Below are positions 10,766 through 21,032 of a stretch of DNA of 64,000 nt, in pieces; the stretch's first letter is position 1, and each line of letters starts with the position of its first letter. The position numbers were made by a program, and so were the translations under genes. The notes under the pieces are model-generated. The model made no database searches. It was given only the letters and a program-made list of their open reading frames with translations, and had not been told where the DNA came from. Source of the DNA: Desulfomonilia bacterium (GTDB lineage Bacteria > Desulfobacterota > Desulfomonilia > UBA1062); the NCBI GenBank assembly GCA_050014195.1, contig JBEKDT010000013.1, positions 1-64,000 on the forward strand. Direction: 5' to 3'.

Positions 10766-13512
10766 TGATGGAACATAAGATTTTAATTGTCGAAGACGAC
10801 CTTGTTTTCAGGAACTACCTCTACCAGGTCCTTAAATATGACTATGACGTTACTGCTGTTCCTGGCCCGCTGGAGGCCATAGAGGCCATAAAACAGAGTC
10901 CCTACAGCCTCTTGATCACAGACCTCAGGATGCCCGATATGGATGGGAGGGCACTGGTCGAAAAGGTGCATGGCGAGCTCGATGCATCAATAATGGTGAT
11001 TGTGATTACGGCCTTTGAGGATGACTGGCCCATGGATATCGCCATGTCATCGAACGTCTTCAGGTACCTCCGCAAAGGCGCCTTTCTGCCGAGCGAGCTC
11101 AAGCAAAACGTGGAAAAGGCCCTTGAAGTGAGAGGCTCTATAGTGAGCCTTAATGAGTATAAAAGACGGGCGGACATCTCGGAGACCCTCTATAAGGACG
11201 TATTCGACAACTCAACCGATGCACTTTTTGTTACCGATATCGACCTAAGGCCGTTGGCGGCGAACAAGCGTTTTGAGGAGATGTGCGGATACAGCCTTGA
11301 TGAACTCAAGGACAAGACGCTCTTTGACATGATCTCCCATGATGATCGTGATCAGGCCCGGCAGGCCTTTAATGCCCAGATTCGTGGAGAAGGCCCGGGC
11401 TCTGTCAAGGTTAATCTGTTGCTTCGTGATGGTGTAAAACGCCATGTGAAGGTATGGGCCAGGCTTGTCAAAGATATAAGGGGCATGGAGAATGCCGTCT
11501 TCTGTATTGCCCGGGACGTGGACCGGGACCTTGAGGCCCGACAAAAAGGGGATGCCGCCTTACAAGTGCTTCATAGGGAGATAAAAGAAAAGACACATGC
11601 CGTTCAGGTCTTGGAAAGAAAGCTGAGCAAACTCACCGAGCATGCAAAAGACATGATCATATGGCTCGATGGCGATTGCAGGTGCGAATATATCAACGCC
11701 GAGGCATTGAGGATATTCGGGCACTCATCCACGGCACTATTAGGTAAAGAGCTCCCATGGCGGGATATCATTCACCCTGAAGATCAGGATCTCATAAAAA
11801 AGATCAAGGACCTTGCCGAGGATCGGGTAATCCGCGATGAAGGGGAGGTACGGGTTTATTCCGGTTCACGCGCCCTGCACCATCTATCCTACAGGGTCTT
11901 CATGGAATATGCCGAAGACGGCAAGCGCTTAGGTGTCGGCATCGTGGCTGAGGATATCACCCAGCAGAAACTGGCCGAGCAGGAGCTCAAAAACGCAAAC
12001 CGTAAGATCCAGGAATTCAACGAACGCCTTTCGAACGGTGTCAGCCAGAAGATCAAGGCCCTTCGGGAGAGCGAGGAACGCTATAAGAATATTGTGGAGG
12101 ACTCGAGCGACATTATCTTCTCGCTGGATGGTGATGCAAGGATTCTTTACATGAACAGGAAGGGGCTCCAGATGTTGGGGATGAGCCTTGAGAAAGTCTA
12201 TGGTCTCCATTGCAGCTCTTTCATCGCAGACGAGGCATCTGAGAAGAAGCTTCGAGAGATCATCAGCATAATGGACAGCAGTGATTATCATGAGCCCTTT
12301 GACCTTGCCATCGACACACCATCATCAGGTCGCAAGATCTACCGGGCCGATCTGGTGAAGATAGGTGAGAAGAACAGGCACGAGACCGTGTGCGTTGCAA
12401 AAGACATAAGCGAGGACATCGCCAAGAAAAAGAGGCTTCAGCTTCTTGCCAATATTGAGCATTACAGCGCGGATGCCATCATCGGACTTGATGGGAACGG
12501 AGGGATACTCTCCTGGAATCAGGGTGCACAGATGATGTTCGGCTGGAAAGAAGAGGAGATCATCGGCAAGTTCCTGTTCATCATGGTGCCCGATAATGAT
12601 ATCAAAGAAGCCGAAGGCATGCTCCATGAGGTCAGGTCCAAGGGGCTTGTCAAGGATCACGAGGCCAAGTTGAGAACAAAGACTGACCGGATCTTGGATG
12701 TGGGCATCACCATGACCACCCTGCGTGACGAGGCTGATGAGATATCAGGCTTCTCCGCCATCATAATGGACCATACCGAGAAGAAGAGGATGGAGGCGGC
12801 ACTCATTCAGACAGAGCGGCTTGCCGCGATGGGCAAGCTGTCGGCAAGCATCGCACATGAAATTAATAACCCGCTCTATGGCATAAGGAGTTGTTTAAAT
12901 CATGTCCTGAATGCCGAGAAGGGGAATGTTGATAACCAGTTCGTCAAGCTTGCCATCAAGGAAACCGACCGTATAGCGGATCTGATCCGCAACATGAAGA
13001 CCTTCTACCAGCCGCACGAGGGGAAGGTCCAGAGCGTGGACATCCATGAGGTGCTGCGCGAGGTATTCATCCTCAACAGAAAATACCTGGAAGAAAATAT
13101 GGTTAAGCTTGTCTTCAATCCTGCACGTTCGTTCTCTATTGAATGCATGCCTGAACAGATCAAGCAGGTCTTTATCAACATTATCGCCAATGCTGTAGAG
13201 GCAATGCCCGAAGGTGGGGAGCTTCATGTGGAGACGCACGAATCGGAAGACAGCCAGGAGATCAGGGTATCTTTCCGCGATACCGGGGTTGGAATTGCAC
13301 GGGATGATCTCCCTTTGATATTCGACATGTTCTATTCCAAAAAACCCATGGTCAAAGGGGTAGGGCTCGGGCTCTCGGTGAGCTATGGTATCGTAAAACG
13401 CCACGGCGGTACCATGGAGGTGGCCAGCGAGGAGGGCAAATGGACGACAGTAACCGTGACACTGCCCGTAAAGCCGCCTATCGCCCGGCAGATGCAGCTT
13501 GATCTGAAGTAG
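10765..13512 (+). CDS. Hybrid sensor kinase REC-PAS(x4)-HisKA-HATPase
   Basis: ILIVEDD...LITDLRMPDMDG receiver, four PAS-like segments, IAHEINNPL H-box, DTGVGI, GVGLGLS. Confidence 0.9.
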   Translation: MMEHKILIVEDDLVFRNYLYQVLKYDYDVTAVPGPLEAIEAIKQSPYSLLITDLRMPDMDGRALVEKVHGELDASIMVIVITAFEDDWPMDIAMSSNVFRYLRKGAFLPSELKQNVEKALEVRGSIVSLNEYKRRADISETLYKDVFDNSTDALFVTDIDLRPLAANKRFEEMCGYSLDELKDKTLFDMISHDDRDQARQAFNAQIRGEGPGSVKVNLLLRDGVKRHVKVWARLVKDIRGMENAVFCIARDVDRDLEARQKGDAALQVLHREIKEKTHAVQVLERKLSKLTEHAKDMIIWLDGDCRCEYINAEALRIFGHSSTALLGKELPWRDIIHPEDQDLIKKIKDLAEDRVIRDEGEVRVYSGSRALHHLSYRVFMEYAEDGKRLGVGIVAEDITQQKLAEQELKNANRKIQEFNERLSNGVSQKIKALRESEERYKNIVEDSSDIIFSLDGDARILYMNRKGLQMLGMSLEKVYGLHCSSFIADEASEKKLREIISIMDSSDYHEPFDLAIDTPSSGRKIYRADLVKIGEKNRHETVCVAKDISEDIAKKKRLQLLANIEHYSADAIIGLDGNGGILSWNQGAQMMFGWKEEEIIGKFLFIMVPDNDIKEAEGMLHEVRSKGLVKDHEAKLRTKTDRILDVGITMTTLRDEADEISGFSAIIMDHTEKKRMEAALIQTERLAAMGKLSASIAHEINNPLYGIRSCLNHVLNAEKGNVDNQFVKLAIKETDRIADLIRNMKTFYQPHEGKVQSVDIHEVLREVFILNRKYLEENMVKLVFNPARSFSIECMPEQIKQVFINIIANAVEAMPEGGELHVETHESEDSQEIRVSFRDTGVGIARDDLPLIFDMFYSKKPMVKGVGLGLSVSYGIVKRHGGTMEVASEEGKWTTVTVTLPVKPPIARQMQLDLK

Positions 13513-13513
13513 C

Positions 13514-14395
13514 ATGACTTCAGGCTTCACCTCGGGGTACGTCACCATCATCGGAAGGCCGAACGTCGGTAAATCCACATTCCTGAACCGTGTGCTCGAG
13601 GCCAAGCTTTCCATAACCACCAGCAAGCCCCAGACTACGCGTGACCGAATCCTCGGGATATGGAATGCACCAATGGTCCAGGTCATCTTCTTGGATACGC
13701 CCGGAATACACGTCTCGGATAAGGCTCTGAACCGTTACATGCTGGACAAGGCTGTAAGAACCATCGCAGATGCGGACCTTGTACTTGTCATGGCGGATCA
13801 CCTGGATACGAAAGAAAAGCTTGAGGAGGTGGTTGGCTTTATCACCGGGGAAGGTAAAGAGGCAATCCTGGTAATCAACAAGGCCGATCTCCTGAGTGAA
13901 GCTTCAGCAGCATTAAAGCTCCGGGAACTGGGGCAGGTCTTCCGGTTCAGCTTCCAGTGCTGCATCTCCTCGACAAATGGGACAGGCATTGATGTACTTT
14001 TAGATGAGATCAAAAAACGTCTCCCTGAAGGGCCCCAGTATTATCCCGACGACATGATCACCGATGCACCAGAGCGGTTCTTGTGCAAGGAACTCATCAG
14101 GGAGAAGGTCTTCACCCTCACCCGCAAAGAGATACCTTATGCAGTGGCAGTGGAGATTGAAGATTTCCGTGAGGAAGAGCCTGTGTACATCAGGGCTGTC
14201 ATCCATGTGGAGAGGCAGTCTCAAAAAGCTATAGTAATCGGGTCTCAAGGCAAAATGCTCAGGGAGATCGGCACACAGGCAAGATTTGAGATCGAGCAGC
14301 TTTTAGAGCGCAAGGTCTTTCTCGATCTTTTTGTGCGTGTCACCAAGGACTGGTCAAAGGATCCCAAGGCGTTAAGGGAACTGGGGTATCTATAA
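13514..14395 (+). CDS. era: GTPase Era
   Basis: GRPNVGKST, KPQTTR, DTPG, NKAD, KH domain with EIPYAVAV and VIGSQG. Confidence 0.97.
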   Translation: MTSGFTSGYVTIIGRPNVGKSTFLNRVLEAKLSITTSKPQTTRDRILGIWNAPMVQVIFLDTPGIHVSDKALNRYMLDKAVRTIADADLVLVMADHLDTKEKLEEVVGFITGEGKEAILVINKADLLSEASAALKLRELGQVFRFSFQCCISSTNGTGIDVLLDEIKKRLPEGPQYYPDDMITDAPERFLCKELIREKVFTLTRKEIPYAVAVEIEDFREEEPVYIRAVIHVERQSQKAIVIGSQGKMLREIGTQARFEIEQLLERKVFLDLFVRVTKDWSKDPKALRELGYL

Positions 14396-15711
14396 TGCCT
14401 GTTGTCGCCATCGTGGGCAGGCCCAATGTAGGCAAATCGACCCTCTTCAACCTCCTCATCGGAGAGCGGCGCGCCATAGTCGGGCCTCAGCGGGGCATAA
14501 CCCGGGACAGGATATACGGCAGGTGGCCGGTAGATGAGGATCTGGAAGTGGACCTGGTTGATACGGGCGGGTTTGACACCATTGGTGATATCCCCTTTTC
14601 CTGCCCGGTGCGTGAACAGACCCTCCTTGCCATTGAGGATGCCGATCTGATCCTCTGCCTTTTTGATGCCAAGTCACCCCCCACACCCGATGATATAGAG
14701 CTGGTGAATCTTCTGCGGAAGACTTCTGCCCAGGTGGTCTACATTGCCAACAAGGTTGATGATCCTAACATTCAATATACCTCTGCTTCGCTGTATGAAC
14801 TGGGGATCGATGAGCCCATAGAGGTATCTTCTCTCAATAGGAAAGGTATATCGGAACTGAAGGAAGCAGTGAGGAAACGCTTGGGCCCTCAGGCGATATT
14901 ACCCGTGGAGATTCAAACGGACGCAGTCCGTGTGAGCATCTTGGGCAGGCCCAATGTGGGCAAATCACTCCTCTTAAACAAGATAATCGGCGAGGACAGG
15001 GCTATTGTATCCCCGGAGGCCGGTACCACCCGGGATTATGTGGATATCTCTGTGGAGCGCACCGGTAAACAATATATTTTTGTGGATACCGCGGGTATTC
15101 GAAGAAAGTCACGAATTGAAGACAGCATCGAGCGGTTCAGTGTCATGAGGTCCCTTCAGAACATAAACATGTCACATGTATGCCTGCTGCTCGTTGACCC
15201 GCAGGAAGGACTCACCGACCAGGACAAGCGCCTGTGCGGTATAATCATAGAACACGGCAGGGCCTTTGTGCTGGTGGTGAACAAGTGCGACCTGATGAAC
15301 GATGCCGGGCTGAAGAATGTTAGGGAGAATATCAGACATTCCCTCAGGTTCATGCCCGATGCCCACCTGGCATACACCTCGGCCTTGACGGGCAAGAATG
15401 TCGATGGGCTCTATCCACTTATTGATACACTCTTTGCAAAGACTACGAGCAGGGTCTCCACAGGCATCCTCAACCGTCTCTTAAGTGACATAACCGATTC
15501 TCACACCCCGCCGATGATAAGGCACAGGCCTCTCAAACTTTACTATATCACCCAGACCGGCATCGTGCCTCCGCGATTTCAGGTCGTGGTAAATTACCCT
15601 GATTCCGTACCCGCGACATATTCACGGTTCCTGGCCCACTCCATCAAAAAGGCATGCGGCATGGAGGGTATACCCATAACACTTTCCTTTGCAGGGAGGA
15701 AAAAGGTGTAA
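14395..15711 (+). CDS. der: Ribosome biogenesis GTPase Der (EngA)
   Basis: Two tandem G domains (GRPNVGKS twice, DTGG/DTAG, NKVD/NKCD) plus KH-like C-terminus. Confidence 0.97.
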   Translation: MPVVAIVGRPNVGKSTLFNLLIGERRAIVGPQRGITRDRIYGRWPVDEDLEVDLVDTGGFDTIGDIPFSCPVREQTLLAIEDADLILCLFDAKSPPTPDDIELVNLLRKTSAQVVYIANKVDDPNIQYTSASLYELGIDEPIEVSSLNRKGISELKEAVRKRLGPQAILPVEIQTDAVRVSILGRPNVGKSLLLNKIIGEDRAIVSPEAGTTRDYVDISVERTGKQYIFVDTAGIRRKSRIEDSIERFSVMRSLQNINMSHVCLLLVDPQEGLTDQDKRLCGIIIEHGRAFVLVVNKCDLMNDAGLKNVRENIRHSLRFMPDAHLAYTSALTGKNVDGLYPLIDTLFAKTTSRVSTGILNRLLSDITDSHTPPMIRHRPLKLYYITQTGIVPPRFQVVVNYPDSVPATYSRFLAHSIKKACGMEGIPITLSFAGRKKV

Positions 15712-15791
15712 ATGTTTCTTTGATGTTATTCTCAAGGTAGAGAAAGATGCATACGATAAGTGATCTTTGGAATATCAACAAGGAGGGTTAT

Positions 15792-16571
15792 ATGAAAAGT
15801 ATCAAGATATATATAACAATATATGTACTGGCCCTTGTCTTCATGAGTGGTACGGCATCAGCTATCGGATTTGAGATGTCTGTCGGAGCCTGGAACCAGG
15901 ACCCCCGGGGAAATCTTTCGTATAAGGCCCTTTCAGCGTTAGACAGCCTGAGCATCAAGGATGATTTAAAATACAGTGACGTAACAAAAGTTTTCGGCCG
16001 GATGAAGATTGAGATACCATTGGTCCCTAATATCTATCTCATGGCCACACCGATGGAATTCAGCGGCAAAGGGAGTAAAGATGTAACGTTCGAATTCGGG
16101 AACAAGACATTCAAGGCAAATACCCCATTCACTTCAGAACTCAGACTCAATCACTATGATATTGGCTTGTATTACGGGATACCCCTGCTCAAAAAGGCAA
16201 CTGCAGGATTCTTGAACATCGATATAGGGCTCGATGCGAGGATTATTGACTTCAAGGCCCAAATAACCGGCAAGGATCCAACAGACCTGAGCGTTACGCA
16301 ATCAAAAGCTCTTACGCTTGCTATCCCGATGCTCTTTATGGGTGTACAGGTGAAACCGACAAAGTGGCTTGCTGCTGAAGGAGAAGTGCGAGCTATAACC
16401 TATGCGGGGAATTATTTTTATGACACTATTGGGCGGGTGAAGGTAAAACCGCTTGGTCCTGTATTCGCCTCCGCTGGATACAGATACGAAAAAGTCAAAA
16501 TTGATACAAATGATGTACTGGCCGAGGTAAACTTCGGTGGTCCTTTCGGTGAGGTCGGATTCGAATTTTAA
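15792..16571 (+). CDS. Outer-membrane beta-barrel protein (TIGR04219-like)
   Basis: RBS AGGAGG, signal peptide, PLVPNIYL and D-x-GLYY motifs, amphipathic strands, terminal F. Confidence 0.7.
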   Translation: MKSIKIYITIYVLALVFMSGTASAIGFEMSVGAWNQDPRGNLSYKALSALDSLSIKDDLKYSDVTKVFGRMKIEIPLVPNIYLMATPMEFSGKGSKDVTFEFGNKTFKANTPFTSELRLNHYDIGLYYGIPLLKKATAGFLNIDIGLDARIIDFKAQITGKDPTDLSVTQSKALTLAIPMLFMGVQVKPTKWLAAEGEVRAITYAGNYFYDTIGRVKVKPLGPVFASAGYRYEKVKIDTNDVLAEVNFGGPFGEVGFEF

Positions 16572-16921
16572 CAAGAGGTTTTCTCCGCGTTCAACTGAGT
16601 ATAGGGAGGAAGATTTCATAACTGTATAAAATCTCCTTGACTTACTTATAGATATGTGATTCTATAAATAGAAACAAGCTGATCTTGTGGATCATTACAG
16701 GGCCGATTCAGTGAAAATACAAATTGAGCGTGTAGTGAAATGCGTGATGGTGATTTTTGTATTTATATGATGGTACTTAAGCAGTGGTCCTTTCAAGCTA
16801 TCAGGACACCTATTCACCCTCACCAAAAAGAGTTGATGATCGTCTGCCAGCTCAGTCCGGATAGATGAGAGAAGGTTTATAACATACACGGGTAATAAAA
16901 GAATATTATGGAGGATTGTGC

Positions 16922-18304
16922 ATGAAAGTTTTTCTTCGAGAAGATGAGATCCCAAGACAATGGTACAACCTGGCAGCTGATTTGCCGACGCCCTTGCTGC
17001 CGCCTCTCGGCCCTGATGGCAACCCAGTCAGCCCGGATGCCCTTACACCGGTTTTCCCCATGAACCTTATCGAACAGGAAGTGAGCCAGCAGCGGTGGAT
17101 CGACATCCCCGAGGGTATTATCGAACTCCTGTATCAATGGAGACCAACACCGCTGCAAAGGGCCGTATATCTCGAAAAGGCGCTCAAGACACCGGCCAAG
17201 ATCTATTTTAAAAATGAAGGCGTTTCTCCGGCCGGCAGCCATAAACCGAATACCGCTATTCCCCAGGCCTGGTATAACAAACAGTTCGGTATTGAAAAGA
17301 TCTGCACCGAAACCGGTGCCGGGCAGTGGGGGAGCGCACTGTCATATGCATGCGCCCTGATCGGTCTGAAGTGCAAGGTTTTTATGGTCCGGATCAGCTT
17401 CGAGCAGAAGCCTTTCCGGAAGCTTATGATGAATGTGTGGGGAGCGGAATGTGTTGCAAGTCCCTCCACCCTGACTCAGGCAGGCCGTGATGTCCTTGCC
17501 AAGGACCCGGACACGCCGGGCAGCTTAGGCATTGCCATCAGCGAGGCCGTTGAAGCGGCAGTCACCGACCCGACCGGGAAGACAAGATATTCCCTTGGGA
17601 GCGTACTGAACCATGTTATGCTCCACCAGACCATTATCGGTCTTGAGGCCAAGAAACAGCTTGAAAAGATCAATGAAAAAAAGGTGGATGTGGTCATCGC
17701 GTGCGCCGGCGGCGGGAGCAATTTTGCCGGTATCTCATTCCCCTTTGTGCTGGACAAAATCAATGGGGCTCAGATCGACATTATCCCGGTAGAGCCTTCG
17801 TCCTGTCCTACGTTGACACGGGCGCCTTTTGCTTACGACCACGGGGATGTCGCCAAGATGACCCCGTTGCTGCCCATGCACTCCTTAGGCCATGAATTCG
17901 TGTCGCCACCCATTCACGCAGGAGGATTACGGTATCACGGTATGGCACCCCTTGTCAGCGCTGCAGCTGTCGAGGGGCTGATCACACCGCGGGCCGTGAA
18001 TCAGCTCAAGTGCTATGAGAGTGCAATGCTATGGGCAAGGACCGAAGGGTTTATCCCCGCCCCTGAAACAGCTCATGCCATTGCAGCAGTGATCGATGAA
18101 GCGATCAAGGCAAGAGAAGAGGGCAAGGAGAAGGTCATTCTCTTTAACTGGAGCGGGCATGGACTCATGGACCTCAAGGGTTACGAGAGCTACATGGAGG
18201 GAAAGCTCATGGATTATCCGTTACCTGAAGAAGAGCTCCAGAGGTCCATCAAATCCCTCAATGGCCTTCCGAAACCCAAAGTCGCAAAAACAGGGAAATG
18301 GTAA
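16922..18304 (+). CDS. trpB2: TrpB-like PLP enzyme (TrpB2)
   Basis: [50 protein letters not shown]; no trpA nearby. Confidence 0.93.
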   Translation: MKVFLREDEIPRQWYNLAADLPTPLLPPLGPDGNPVSPDALTPVFPMNLIEQEVSQQRWIDIPEGIIELLYQWRPTPLQRAVYLEKALKTPAKIYFKNEGVSPAGSHKPNTAIPQAWYNKQFGIEKICTETGAGQWGSALSYACALIGLKCKVFMVRISFEQKPFRKLMMNVWGAECVASPSTLTQAGRDVLAKDPDTPGSLGIAISEAVEAAVTDPTGKTRYSLGSVLNHVMLHQTIIGLEAKKQLEKINEKKVDVVIACAGGGSNFAGISFPFVLDKINGAQIDIIPVEPSSCPTLTRAPFAYDHGDVAKMTPLLPMHSLGHEFVSPPIHAGGLRYHGMAPLVSAAAVEGLITPRAVNQLKCYESAMLWARTEGFIPAPETAHAIAAVIDEAIKAREEGKEKVILFNWSGHGLMDLKGYESYMEGKLMDYPLPEEELQRSIKSLNGLPKPKVAKTGKW

Positions 18305-18564
18305 GGAAAACGAAGTCACCCTATGACGACTATACGGCCAGGTGTCCGATGCTCGGGCACCTGGTCTCATTCACCTACTGCATGGCACCTGGGTCTACTT
18401 TGCCATGTCGCAAGGTCCTCGACTGCTGGCACGAACGTATCGACATTACAGCCTATCTGAGCGAAATCCTCACACCCAAGGAGATTGAAGCCATTACCGC
18501 CACTCCCAAACCGAAGGTTACACAGCTTCTGGAATTGATACAGAAGGCAAAGGGAAATAAGTGA
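18298..18564 (+). CDS. Small Cys-rich hypothetical protein (possible metal binding)
   Basis: RCPMLGH-x5-YC-x7-PC-x4-DCW; overlaps the trpB2 stop. Confidence 0.65.
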   Translation: MVRKTKSPYDDYTARCPMLGHLVSFTYCMAPGSTLPCRKVLDCWHERIDITAYLSEILTPKEIEAITATPKPKVTQLLELIQKAKGNK

Positions 18565-18653
18565 CCGATGGGCAGTAACCCGGGAATCGACTTAAGGTTA
18601 ATAGCACAGGGCTAATAGAGAAAACTATTTGCATTGTGCCGTACACCTTGTGC

Positions 18654-19958
18654 CTAAAAGATATCTATCAATACCTCAAGGGCATCAGATATCATATCCG
18701 GGGTCAATGAGAGAAAGCGCAGGCTGTCTTTGAATGGCGCGGTATCAATATGCTCAATCTCGAATCCTGGAAGGAACTTCTGGGCAATGGCATCGGCAAC
18801 GTAGACAAGGTGGACAAGATCCTTGTTTTTCATGGCCTTGTCAGGATTATGATGGAACAATATAACATCTTTTATCACTTCCGGGAGTTTCCAGCTTTCA
18901 GCAAGATGAAGACCTGCGAGGTTGTGATCTATGCCAAAGATTTTTTGCTCGAGGATACTCGAGTCTTCTCCACGGGCCAACAGGATACGGTAGAAAAGGG
19001 GTTGGACACGGGCCATAAACTGGTCAAGCACGACCTTGCCGATATCATGGAGAAGACCTGCTGTATAGGCAAGATCAGGCCTGATCTTGTTATGTACTCT
19101 CGAGAGCTTCTCACTGAGCCGCGCCGTTGCAATGGCATGATAGAATAGCCCGCCGCGCATCAGTGAATATCCCTTCTCAAAGCCCATAAGGAGTTTTTCT
19201 GCCTGTGCTGTAATGACCAACTGGAGCAGGGTCTTACTCCCGAGGATTATGATAGCCTCATCAATGGTCTCTATCTTCCTCGATATCCCAAGGTATGAGG
19301 AATTGCACAATTTAAGGACCTCAGCCGTCAGGACTTGATCTCTCCGTATCTCGGTAGCAATGGTTGAGATTCCGGTCATTTCATCAGAGATCATGCTTGC
19401 AATGCCCAGAGCAATCTGCGGGACCGGCTGAAGATCCTCGATGATTTTGCCGATCTCAGCGAGTGCCGGCATGGCAGAAGGCTGTGCCTTCATTTTATGC
19501 GGCTCTTGAATGACGGGCTCTATAGTACACTTGGCCTTGTCTATGTCCAGCATGATACAAAATCCGATCATTCCGCTTGCTTCAAGGAATCTGATCGGAA
19601 TGTTGTTTTCCTTAAGGATCTTGAGCGTGATTTCTAGGGTTCTGCCGCCGATGTTAAGCGCAAGGTCTTGGTGAGAGCTCGGGTCGATGAGCGCTCCACC
19701 GGAAATATAGGCTGAAAGGTCTTCCTTTCCAGCACCCTCCTCAGAGAGTGAATTAAGGAACAGAGGTATGCCTGAGCTTGCATAATAGGTAAACTGGGTT
19801 TCAGGGATGTCACATAACGGCTCAGGCAGTAAGATATGGATCATGCCGCCTATATGCCGTTTGGCATCAACAATGGCAACACCGACACAGGACCCGAGAT
19901 AGGCCTTCATCTGGCCCGATCTCCTAATCTCCATACCGCCGCTTGGTATGATGGTCAT
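18654..19958 (-). CDS. CheD-HDOD fusion protein
   Basis: LGSCVGV...GGMIHILLP (CheD catalytic Cys/His) followed by HDOD (DQVLTAEVL, AGLLHDIGK, SWKLP). Confidence 0.88.
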   Translation of the reverse strand: MTIIPSGGMEIRRSGQMKAYLGSCVGVAIVDAKRHIGGMIHILLPEPLCDIPETQFTYYASSGIPLFLNSLSEEGAGKEDLSAYISGGALIDPSSHQDLALNIGGRTLEITLKILKENNIPIRFLEASGMIGFCIMLDIDKAKCTIEPVIQEPHKMKAQPSAMPALAEIGKIIEDLQPVPQIALGIASMISDEMTGISTIATEIRRDQVLTAEVLKLCNSSYLGISRKIETIDEAIIILGSKTLLQLVITAQAEKLLMGFEKGYSLMRGGLFYHAIATARLSEKLSRVHNKIRPDLAYTAGLLHDIGKVVLDQFMARVQPLFYRILLARGEDSSILEQKIFGIDHNLAGLHLAESWKLPEVIKDVILFHHNPDKAMKNKDLVHLVYVADAIAQKFLPGFEIEHIDTAPFKDSLRFLSLTPDMISDALEVLIDIF

Positions 19959-20150
19959 GTATGAATCGGCCTCCTGTTTGCCTCTTAAGCGAGCAACCCC
20001 TTCAGTAGTGTATTCTTATGCAGAACCATTTTACAGATATAATCGGTTGTGACCGGATGCAATATAAACAATCATTCAGGCATAATTATTTATATGATCG
20101 AAAATGTTTTTATATATTTTTTCATGAAGAGGCCGATTCTTAAATGGGTA

Positions 20151-21032
20151 TTACGGCCACGAATAGAATCCTCCCTTATTCTCTCCTTTTCTCCGGTACA
20201 CGACAACAGTGGGGGATTTTGTTTGAGAAAGCGATTCCATAGTCTTCATGGCATCCTCGTAGTAACCCACCTGATCGATGAGATGATATTTCATGCCGGT
20301 TGAAGCAGTCATTACCCGGCCATCCTCGATGATAGCAAGGTCTTCGGGTTTCACCGGTCTGATGGTCTTTACCTTGGTAATAAAATCCTGACTGAATTCT
20401 GTAACGATCCCCTCCAGGATGGCCTTGTCACCCTTGTTCATATCGCGCAATAGAGTGCCGGAGTCCTTGAGCTTTCCCGAGGTTAATGTCTGGTTTTTGA
20501 TGCCAAGTTTATCCATGAGCCCTTCCAGACTGATGGATGGCAGCAGCACACCCACATTACCCACTACTGCAGAGGGTAGGGCTACGATGTGATCTGCGGC
20601 CAGGGCCACCATATAAGCGCCTGACGTGCCCTGGCCTGTTATACAAGCTACGATTGGAATCTTGCGGGACTCCTTGAAGTCTTTGATCTCTCTGAAAACC
20701 AGATCGGATGCCGTTACACCCCCGCCGGGTGAATCGATCTTGAGCAGTATACCCTTAATGGCCTTATCCTGGCTTGCCATCTCCAGGACCCCATCCATTC
20801 TTTCGAGGGTTCCCTGCCTGGGTATGAAGCTGTCCCTTATGGTAGTAGTTGTGATAATGCCAAGCACCTCAACTACAAGGATCTTGTCTTTTGATCCTTC
20901 TTTCAGTACTCGCTCCTCATAGGGCTGGAACTGCATGAAACTCCCCAGGTCAAACGAGACGAATGCGCACCCCTGAAGAATAAGCAGGCTGCTTAGGACT
21001 GAAACGTATTGTATGGCTTTTACCTTATCCAT
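20151..21032 (-). CDS. sppA: Signal peptide peptidase SppA (S49), probable lipoprotein
   Basis: IDSPGGGV, SGAYMVALAAD, SGKLKD, DGRVMT; lipobox LQGC; RBS GGAGGTG. Confidence 0.9.
   Translation of the reverse strand: MDKVKAIQYVSVLSSLLILQGCAFVSFDLGSFMQFQPYEERVLKEGSKDKILVVEVLGIITTTTIRDSFIPRQGTLERMDGVLEMASQDKAIKGILLKIDSPGGGVTASDLVFREIKDFKESRKIPIVACITGQGTSGAYMVALAADHIVALPSAVVGNVGVLLPSISLEGLMDKLGIKNQTLTSGKLKDSGTLLRDMNKGDKAILEGIVTEFSQDFITKVKTIRPVKPEDLAIIEDGRVMTASTGMKYHLIDQVGYYEDAMKTMESLSQTKSPTVVVYRRKGENKGGFYSWP

Noticed and set aside
16690-16915. Possible Trp attenuator or SAM-type riboswitch upstream of trpB2
   Set aside because: Short ORFs contain at most one Trp codon and there is no terminator. 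GATGAGAG is present but the SAM-I core is not.
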